This document shows positions 34,125 to 39,994 of a stretch of 39,994 bases of DNA, piece after piece. Numbering within the stretch: the first letter of the stretch is position 1; each line of letters begins with the position of its first letter. Source of the DNA: Chloroflexota bacterium (GTDB lineage: Bacteria > Chloroflexota > Dehalococcoidia > Dehalococcoidales > UBA2162); contig JAZDPB010000035.1 of assembly GCA_043797985.1 (NCBI GenBank), positions 1-39,994 on the forward strand, given 5' to 3'. The position numbers were made by a program, and so were the translations under genes. A model generated the notes under the pieces. That model ran no database searches. It was given only the letters and a program-made list of their open reading frames with translations, and was not told where the DNA came from.

Positions 34125-35201
34125 TTACTTCTTTTCAGTTTTCATCCTTTCAATCTTAGCAACATCTTCTGATACTTTTGCCTTAGCCTCTTTCCCTACC
34201 TGCTTCCAGGCGTCCCCTTCTCTTTGCGAACGCTTCAGTATTGCCTCTTCCGCCGTCCTGTAGTCCGCGTAGGGGCCATCGCGAACCGTTAGCCACTCTC
34301 TCAGCGGCATCTTCGTCCTCAAAGCAGACATTTCCTTTAGCCTGTCCGTGTGGTGTAATAACCCCCATTGCAAGGAGTGTGCTTCGAGAGCGGTTCTTAT
34401 CCCCATTATTTCGTAGGCTTTTTGGATACCTCGCTTGTGCAAGGTATTTACCTGCCATGGGATAAGCGCTACCCGTTTGGCAAATATCTCAGTAAATTCA
34501 TCGATGTCCGCCTCAGGAACACAGTAGTTTGCCATGCCATATTGGAAAGCTTGTTCACCGGTTATGTTATCTCCAGTGAAGACCAGCTCTCTGGCTTTCC
34601 TCATAGGGAGGAGCCAAGGGAACCACATGACATCTGGGGCGCCCTGCGCTCTTACCGGTGGGTAGCCAAAGCGGCAATCAGGGGTAGTCACTAGCAAGTC
34701 ACAGGAGAAGCACAATTCCGAGCCTCCCGCCAGGACATATCCGTGAGTTTGAGCGATGACAATCTTGGATAGCTCCCAGATTTGCCAGTAGAAGTTGACC
34801 AGATATCGAGACCAGTGTGAATCTCCAACATACATAGACCCGGCATGCGGTTCTTCTACTCCCTGTCCTCCACCGATATCGTAGCCAGCGCTGAAGCAGC
34901 GGCCGGCGCCCTTGAGGATGATTACATTAATGTCGTTATCGTTCTCGGCAACCTTTATGGCGTGCATCATTTCACCACGAAGCTCGTGGCTTAAGGCGTT
35001 CATTACCTCGGGTCGGTTCAGGGTTATTTTGGCTACATGAGTCTCATGGTTGGTTTCATATATTATCTTCTGATAATCCAGCGGTTTCAAAAATGCGCGG
35101 TTAGATGGATAGTATTTAGGATATTCTGACCTTTGAGCCGCTTCTCTTGCGGCGGCAGCATCTGCTTTTGCTTTTGTTGTGGGTTCCATCGGTCGTACCA
35201 T
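34125..35201 (-). CDS. Enoyl-CoA hydratase/isomerase (crotonase) superfamily protein with a long C-terminal extension
   Basis: ITLNRPEVMNAL...VIILKGAGRCFSAGYDIGG (crotonase oxyanion-hole region). 358 aa. GAGGAGG SD. Confidence 0.75.
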   Translation of the reverse strand: MVRPMEPTTKAKADAAAAREAAQRSEYPKYYPSNRAFLKPLDYQKIIYETNHETHVAKITLNRPEVMNALSHELRGEMMHAIKVAENDNDINVIILKGAGRCFSAGYDIGGGQGVEEPHAGSMYVGDSHWSRYLVNFYWQIWELSKIVIAQTHGYVLAGGSELCFSCDLLVTTPDCRFGYPPVRAQGAPDVMWFPWLLPMRKARELVFTGDNITGEQAFQYGMANYCVPEADIDEFTEIFAKRVALIPWQVNTLHKRGIQKAYEIMGIRTALEAHSLQWGLLHHTDRLKEMSALRTKMPLREWLTVRDGPYADYRTAEEAILKRSQREGDAWKQVGKEAKAKVSEDVAKIERMKTEKK

Positions 35202-35417
35202 TTTACAACTTCCTCCTCGTTAATATCTTTCCTTTGATTGTTCTGCCTATCGTCTTTTCTATCCTATCTTCACCTCCGTTAACTGGTGATTATTTAGTAA
35301 AAAACAGCTTACCACTAAGTAATATGCTTGTCAAAACAAATAACACACGTGTTTGGCAAGGTGTGTTTGGTTTTATTTCCCTCCTGAAAGTAGTACCTCT
35401 TATGCTCAAAGGTTGAT

Positions 35418-35681
35418 CTAACGTAGTCTTCTTACTTCATATATCAGGATACACTCAGGGTCAGGACAAGAAATATAGGTAACATCCTTATCCTTGTCCC
35501 AGGGATGCTCGCCACCAAGACGAAATAGTCTGATAGCGGGAGCGATTGAGTTATAAGCCCCGGAACACATTCCGCCTGGTGTTTTGCCATCTTCTATAAG
35601 CCAGCTATCTCCTACCTTGAACCCCTGGGGACACTTATTTTTAGTTACGTCGTGTACAGTGACTTTCACTTTGTAGGGCAT
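35418..35681 (-). CDS. Small Cys-containing protein resembling the TIGR04076 family
   Basis: 87 aa: KCPQGFKVGDSW...PGGMCSGAYNSI.P....L..GGEHPW......CPDPE. The family assignment is from memory and was not searched. Confidence 0.55.
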   Translation of the reverse strand: MPYKVKVTVHDVTKNKCPQGFKVGDSWLIEDGKTPGGMCSGAYNSIAPAIRLFRLGGEHPWDKDKDVTYISCPDPECILIYEVRRLR

Positions 35682-35713
35682 GGTATTACCTCCTTCAGGA
35701 AAAATCTATTGCC

Positions 35714-36013
35714 TTATTCCCGAAAAGCCGCTAGTCCGGCTACCAGACCAGGGATGCCAGCGACGAGGAAAGCCAGGCGTATGGTCTCAATTATTTCTTT
35801 TTCTTTGGCACCCAGTGCCCTGGCTCTAGCCGCTAAAGAAACTACCCCTTCCGGATGACTACCAGCAGCATCGAGGGCAAGGGTTATCAGAGTCTTAGTC
35901 TTTGGGTCGAGCGCACCTGCTTCTCGAGTTTTGGCTACGACTGCACTTACCACTTCAAAAAATTCCGGGTCATGTTTTCTAAGTTCGTCCAAATAGGTTG
36001 GTTTCTGTGCCAT
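35714..36013 (-). CDS. Carboxymuconolactone decarboxylase (AhpD-like) family protein
   Basis: 99 aa: DPEFFEVVSAVVAKTREAGALDPKTKTLITLALDAA... is typical of short CMD-domain proteins. It contains no Cys. Confidence 0.65.
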   Translation of the reverse strand: MAQKPTYLDELRKHDPEFFEVVSAVVAKTREAGALDPKTKTLITLALDAAGSHPEGVVSLAARARALGAKEKEIIETIRLAFLVAGIPGLVAGLAAFRE

Positions 36014-36150
36014 TTTTAACCTCCTGTTTTAGTTTTTATCAGATACATCGACATTCTAGTTAATCCAGACCAGCTTGTCTAGGTAGTGTACTAGTTCATA
36101 TGATTAGGGACATAATTATTCGTCAACCCCTTAAGTCTGTCTGATGTCTT

Positions 36151-36320
36151 TACCTCACCCCCCTTAATCCCCCTGCCTGCGCCGAAGCGGCTACGCGCAG
36201 GCAGGCCTCTCCTGAAAGGTGAGGGGGAAAATAGATAAAAAGAAGGGGGCTTAAGCCCCCTTCTTTAAAATTACATCCCCTTTCCCTTGTTAGGGAAAGG
36301 GGATAAAGGGGATAGGGTCA
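36151..36320. repeat. Composite three-hairpin intergenic repeat, copy 3 (with an extra nested hairpin)
   Basis: TACCTCACCCC leader. Inserted 11-bp stem CCTGCCTGCGC/GCGCAGGCAGG (36172-36205). H1-like stem at 36206-36224. H2 is AGAAGGGGGC-ttaa-GCCCCCTTCT (36241-36264). H3 is TCCCCTTTCCC/GGGAAAGGGGA (36276-36303). Tail is GGGGATAGGGT. Confidence 0.75.
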
Positions 36321-36420
36321 CACATCTAGGAGGAAGACCATCAGGTATCACAAAGCTATCTGAACAGGCTTAGGTAGAAATAAGTATTGCTCACGCTTTT
36401 GTCGCTGGCTCCCAGTGTTC

Positions 36421-36450
36421 TTGACATATCGAAGCGCTCCCAAGTATCAT
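36421..36450 (+). promoter_or_regulatory. Candidate arsR promoter (TTGACA-18 nt-TATCAT)
   Basis: TTGACA at 36421-36426 and TATCAT at 36445-36450. Three ATTAG direct repeats lie between the -10 and the ATG. Confidence 0.4.
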
Positions 36451-36480
36451 TAGCTATATTAGTGGAGACTAAATTAGTTA

Positions 36481-36852
36481 ATGAAAGTTACAGAGTCTAT
36501 TCGAGAGAACACCGCTGAACAGGCAGAGATATTCAGCACACTGGCCGACCCTACACGGCTTAAACTGGTGAAACTGCTTTGCCACCAACATGACCCGGAT
36601 GCTTTGTGTGTTAATGCGTTAGCCGGCTTGTTAGGTGTGACTCAGTCCGCCATCTCACAGCACCTGAGGGTACTCAAGTCAGTCGGATTGGTCAAGGGGG
36701 AAAGGCGCGGCTACCATGTTCATTATTACATCAATCCGGAGGGAATTAAACGTTTTCAGAGCTTTTTATCATCAGCCCTTGAAATGCCAGAAACCTGTCC
36801 TGAAGGTGAAGAACCATATAAAGACTATTGCCCTCCCGATAAACGCACTTAA
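36481..36852 (+). CDS. ArsR/SmtB-family metalloregulatory transcriptional repressor
   Basis: FSTLADPTRLKLVKLLC...CVNALAGLLGVTQSAISQHLRVLKSVGLVKGERRGYHVHY winged HTH. Cys in the alpha-3-like position, and a Cys-containing C-terminal tail (ETCPEGEEPYKDYCPP). Confidence 0.85.
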   Translation: MKVTESIRENTAEQAEIFSTLADPTRLKLVKLLCHQHDPDALCVNALAGLLGVTQSAISQHLRVLKSVGLVKGERRGYHVHYYINPEGIKRFQSFLSSALEMPETCPEGEEPYKDYCPPDKRT

Positions 36853-36878
36853 TATCCCATTTCTCTCTAATTTATCGC

Positions 36879-36906
36879 TTGACAACCCAAGAATCCCATT
36901 TATAAT
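36879..36906 (+). promoter_or_regulatory. Consensus sigma-70 promoter (TTGACA-16 nt-TATAAT) for the small Cys/His-rich gene
   Basis: TTGACA at 36879-36884 and TATAAT at 36901-36906. A 9-bp direct repeat ATCCCATTT occurs at 36854-36862 and 36893-36901, on either side of the -35. Confidence 0.6.
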
Positions 36907-36943
36907 TAAGTGTATTAGTAAGAACTTATATAGGAGGAATCAA

Positions 36944-37165
36944 ATGTACAAAGAAGAAGATTGTGGGTGCGGCGGACACGAGCCTCATGGTCACCATGGT
37001 TGTAGTTGCGGATGCCACCAGCATCATGGAGGTATGGGGTTCCACCGACGGTTCGTATCCCGCGAAGAAATCGCCGCCAGATTGGAGGAGTACCTGAAGC
37101 AGCTTCAAGCCGAAGCTAAAGGTGTGGAAGAGCGTATCTCGGAGCTTAAGAAAGGGCAAGAATAA
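36944..37165 (+). CDS. Small Cys/His-rich putative metal-binding protein with a C-terminal coiled coil
   Basis: TAGGAGG lies 6 nt before ATG 36944. 73 aa, MYKEEDCGCGGHEPHGHHGCSCGCHQHHGGMGFH..., with 5 Cys and 8 His in the first 34 residues, then REEIAARLEEYLKQLQAEAKGVEERISELKK. Confidence 0.7.
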   Translation: MYKEEDCGCGGHEPHGHHGCSCGCHQHHGGMGFHRRFVSREEIAARLEEYLKQLQAEAKGVEERISELKKGQE

Positions 37166-37298
37166 TGTAGGCTACAGAAAAGGCCAATTCTGCCTTGCGT
37201 ATTTCGTGCTAAGTGCTGGACACTTATAAGCCAATAAGTTAACAAATGACAAGATACGGCAGGCTATAGTTACGCAGCAAGAAGGTTTTTCAGAAGCC

Positions 37299-37961
37299 AT
37301 AAAGCGCATTCTGATTATACAGGCGCACCCAGATGATGCTGACATTAGCAGCGGTGGCACTATAGCGCGCTGGGCTAAGGAAAGGCGCGAAGTTCACTAC
37401 GTCCTCTGCACTAGTGGTAATAGAGGCAGCAACGACTCTGCAATGATACCGGAACGCCTGGGATTACTTCGAGAGCAAGAAGAGCAAAATGCAGCGGATA
37501 TCCTGGGGGTGAAGTCGCTTACTTTCCTCAGGCATGAGGACGGCGAACTAGAAGAAACGCTGCCCTTCAGGCATGAACTAGCCCGTATTATCCGACGTCT
37601 ACAGCCCCATGCACTTATGACCCACGACCCCTGGGCCCGCTACCGGATACACCCAGACCATCGAACGGTGGGTTTCACGGCCTTGGCGGCCATTGTGGAA
37701 GCGGGAAATCAAATGATTCGGGGAGACCAGCCGGCATGGAAAGTCGATGAAGTCTTCCTTTTCCAGTCTGACCAGCCAGACCACGGCGAGAATATTACTG
37801 ATACTGTCGATTTGAAAATAGCTGCGATACGCGCCCATGCTTCCCAGTCCCATTTTGGAGAGGCGCCTCAGGAGCGAATCTATGCCTGGGCAAAGGCTGC
37901 GGGGTCTAAATACGGGTACCAGTTAGCTGAGGAATTCAAACGCCTGGTCCCACGGCACTAG
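37299..37961 (+). CDS. PIG-L/LmbE-family N-acetylglucosaminyl deacetylase; the conserved N-terminus lies upstream of the first canonical start codon
   Basis: The frame is open from 37230 and encodes (I)KRILIIQAHPDDADISSGGTIARW...HPDH, the PIG-L zinc-site motifs. The first ATG/GTG/TTG in frame is 37443, after the AHPDD motif. ATA 37299 would give MKRILII. Confidence 0.7.
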   Translation: MKRILIIQAHPDDADISSGGTIARWAKERREVHYVLCTSGNRGSNDSAMIPERLGLLREQEEQNAADILGVKSLTFLRHEDGELEETLPFRHELARIIRRLQPHALMTHDPWARYRIHPDHRTVGFTALAAIVEAGNQMIRGDQPAWKVDEVFLFQSDQPDHGENITDTVDLKIAAIRAHASQSHFGEAPQERIYAWAKAAGSKYGYQLAEEFKRLVPRH

Positions 37962-38010
37962 TCGGGAATTTATATCCTGTTAAAAAGATAATCTCGACAA
38001 AGGAGGAGAC

Positions 38011-39171
38011 ATGGTTACTGAAGATTTAGCAGTCGAAGTAAAAGGACTCACAAAGATTTATGGACAACTCATCGCTGTTGACCATGTCAGTTTCGATGTG
38101 AAAAGAGGTGAGTTCTTTGGGTTTCTTGGCCCGAACGGTGCTGGAAAAACAACTACGGCGCGTATGCTTACCGGCATCATCAAGAAGAATGACGGTGAAG
38201 CAAAAGTGATGGGATATCCAGCCGGGAGTTTCGGTGCCAAGCAATTATCGGGTGTCATGCCCGAAATATCAAACGCTTATCTTGACCTCACCGCCTGGGG
38301 AAATCTCATGCTGATAGCCGAGATCTACCGTTTACCGGGAACCAAGGCAAAGGAAAGAGCTGGCGCACTGCTTGAGCAACTGGGCCTTCTGGAAAGAAAG
38401 AATTCTCTGGCAAGCACTTACTCAATGGGCATGAGAAAACGCCTCGTTTTGTGCATGGCGCTACTCCCTGACACCCAGATTCTCTTCCTGGATGAGCCGA
38501 CAAGCGGCCTTGATGTTCAGAGTACCCGCTTTATTCGGGCGCTTTTGCATAATTTCAAGCAGGAAGGCAAGACAATTTTCTTTACGACGCACAACATGGA
38601 TGAAGCCGCCGAGATGTGCGACCGTGTGGCAATCATCAACCACGGCAAGATTGTCGCCATGGATACGCCGGATAATCTGAGTATTACAGCCAGTCGTGTT
38701 TACCTGATAGATGTCAGCTTTGATAAACACATAGACACTGATATATTAACTAAGTTGCCGGGGGTGAACCGTCTGGAAACAGCTCAACAAATAGAGGCTT
38801 CGGACCGACTACGGGCGCAACAGGCAATGGCTGGAGTCGGTAGGCCCGGTGGTATGGGAGGTGGTGGACAGGGCAGAAGGCAGGGCCAGATGGCTGGCGG
38901 TTCACCGGCAGCCATGACGCAACCGGGTATGGCTCCAGGACAGCGGCCGGGAATGGGAGCAGGCAGGATGCCCGGTGCCGGAAGGGGTATGGGAAAGCAG
39001 CCTGAGAACAACCGCTTCCGGCTCTACACGGAAGATACCACGCTCCTTGTCACCACCTTGGTTGACTTCAGCCGTGAGAATTCACTCAAGATGAATATTC
39101 TTAATGTCCGTCCGCCCTCACTTGAGGATGCTTTTGTAAGACTTACCGAGGAGAAAAGCCGTGAAAAGTAG
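38011..39171 (+). CDS. ABC-2-type transporter ATP-binding protein with a Gly/Met/Pro-rich insertion in the C-terminal domain
   Basis: Walker A GPNGAGKTT, signature YSMGMRKRL, Walker B ILFLDEPTSGLD. The ~65-aa low-complexity insert is GVGRPGGMGGGGQGRRQGQMAGGSPAAMTQPGMAPGQRPGMGAGRMPGAGRGMGKQ. AAGGAGG SD. Confidence 0.85.
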   Translation: MVTEDLAVEVKGLTKIYGQLIAVDHVSFDVKRGEFFGFLGPNGAGKTTTARMLTGIIKKNDGEAKVMGYPAGSFGAKQLSGVMPEISNAYLDLTAWGNLMLIAEIYRLPGTKAKERAGALLEQLGLLERKNSLASTYSMGMRKRLVLCMALLPDTQILFLDEPTSGLDVQSTRFIRALLHNFKQEGKTIFFTTHNMDEAAEMCDRVAIINHGKIVAMDTPDNLSITASRVYLIDVSFDKHIDTDILTKLPGVNRLETAQQIEASDRLRAQQAMAGVGRPGGMGGGGQGRRQGQMAGGSPAAMTQPGMAPGQRPGMGAGRMPGAGRGMGKQPENNRFRLYTEDTTLLVTTLVDFSRENSLKMNILNVRPPSLEDAFVRLTEEKSREK

Positions 39172-39916
39172 TTTCGGAATTATTGACCAGATAATACGGT
39201 CCTTCGCCATTGTCAAGAAAGACATCAAGGTTTACTACTCCAAAGGTCCAGTGGTCCTTATGGGCGTGCTCTGGCCTGGTTTTATGTTTCTTTCCTTCGC
39301 CGTCGGGCGACAGATACCGGTCCAATCGCTTATGCCCGGCATTATTGCGGTATCGGTTTTCTTCACCTGCTCTGCCATATCGCCAGTAATCTTCCCCCAG
39401 GAGACTCAGGCAAGAACACTGGAAAGACTGGTATCCTGCCCAGTGGCTGTCTGGACAATCCTTTTTGGGGATATGCTCGCTTCTGCTTTAACCGGTCTCG
39501 TTATCTCCATCATACCGATTCTGAGTGCCGTGGCATTCGGAGCCATGGTTACCCATCCCCTGGTCATGCTGGCGGGTATTATCTCTGGTTCCCTATGCTT
39601 TTCTACAATGGCGCTCATCTTTTCCTTTCCACCCGCCAGTGGACCTGCCCCCATCCAGATGTTGAGCACCTTGATAAAGTTTCCCTTGATGTTTATCAGC
39701 GGTGTTTTTATCCCCCTGAGTCAGCTGCCAGCCTTGGCAAGGAGCATTTCCGTGATATCTCCCCTTACCTACTTCACTGACCTTACCCGCTATGCTACCG
39801 AAGGAACAAGTTACTATCCGGTCTTAACTAATCTGGCCGTAATTATAGGCTTTACGGCAGTGTTCTGGATTATCGCCGTCGGGCTTCATAAGAGAACCTT
39901 GCCTATAAGACTATGA
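39161..39916 (+). CDS. ABC-2 family transporter permease
   Basis: 251 aa with six hydrophobic segments. It overlaps the ATPase gene by 11 nt, which suggests translational coupling. Confidence 0.8.
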   Translation: MKSSFGIIDQIIRSFAIVKKDIKVYYSKGPVVLMGVLWPGFMFLSFAVGRQIPVQSLMPGIIAVSVFFTCSAISPVIFPQETQARTLERLVSCPVAVWTILFGDMLASALTGLVISIIPILSAVAFGAMVTHPLVMLAGIISGSLCFSTMALIFSFPPASGPAPIQMLSTLIKFPLMFISGVFIPLSQLPALARSISVISPLTYFTDLTRYATEGTSYYPVLTNLAVIIGFTAVFWIIAVGLHKRTLPIRL

Positions 39917-39994
39917 AAAACGCAGTACCTTTAGAGCACCTGAGCGAGGTAGCCCTGCTTTTTCTTAGGCTGGTAGATTCACCGCAATAAGACC

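Noticed and set aside
34125-35201. Crotonase as a ring-cleaving 6-oxocyclohexenoyl-CoA hydrolase (BamA/Oah), which would link it to the neighbouring NuoEFG-like genes as a BamGHI-like module
   Set aside because: The length is suggestive, but I could not find the conserved BamA segment I remember from primer sites (QYNSYT-like). No AOR-type BamB or Hdr-like genes are present, and a strong terminator separates it from the diaphorase operon. This idea is unsupported.
39917-39994. Possible 3' end of a minus-strand gene at the right edge of the window
   Set aside because: Only 78 nt are available, with no motif and no determinable frame.

Overview
This 40-kb window looks like an ordinary chromosomal segment from an anaerobic bacterium. 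Gene content and order loosely suggest a Chloroflexota/Dehalococcoidia-like organism, but that is an inference I have not verified. Coding density is high and most of it is housekeeping. From left to right I see:

- The 3' end of a formate-dehydrogenase-type molybdoenzyme operon (alpha fragment, FeS subunit, cytochrome b, FdhE), followed directly by tatA, a tatA/B-like gene and tatC.
- A metallophosphoesterase.
- The conserved thrS-infC-rpmI-rplT-pheS-pheT block.
- Convergent proS plus a TM2-domain gene.
- A low-GC orphan gene directly behind ispG.
- Archaeal-type leuCD.
- A nucleotide-sugar cluster: two SDR epimerases flanking an HldE-like gene that is broken by an in-frame TAG.
- An MFS transporter.
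- A livHMGF operon plus its binding protein.
- A zinc-ribbon / LemA / M48-peptidase trio.
- A stand-alone NuoE/NuoF/HoxU-like diaphorase operon whose NuoE subunit carries an N-terminal ribbon-helix-helix-like extension.
- A crotonase, a TIGR04076-like protein and an AhpD/CMD-like protein.
- A possible metal-handling cluster: ArsR, a small Cys/His-rich protein behind a consensus promoter, a PIG-L deacetylase with no canonical start codon, and an ABC-2 exporter whose ATPase has a Gly/Met/Pro-rich insertion.

I found no rRNA, tRNA, CRISPR array, transposase, integrase or recognisable defence system.

The least explained non-coding signal is a family of modular GC-tract hairpin repeats that fills several intergenic regions. 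There are three same-orientation copies of a three-hairpin composite element, plus clusters built on GTCATTC...GAATGAC units.

The best candidates for something undescribed are the RHH-NuoE diaphorase, the ArsR / Cys-His peptide / GMP-insertion ABC cluster, and the hairpin repeat family. All functional calls rest on motif recognition by eye; no searches were run.
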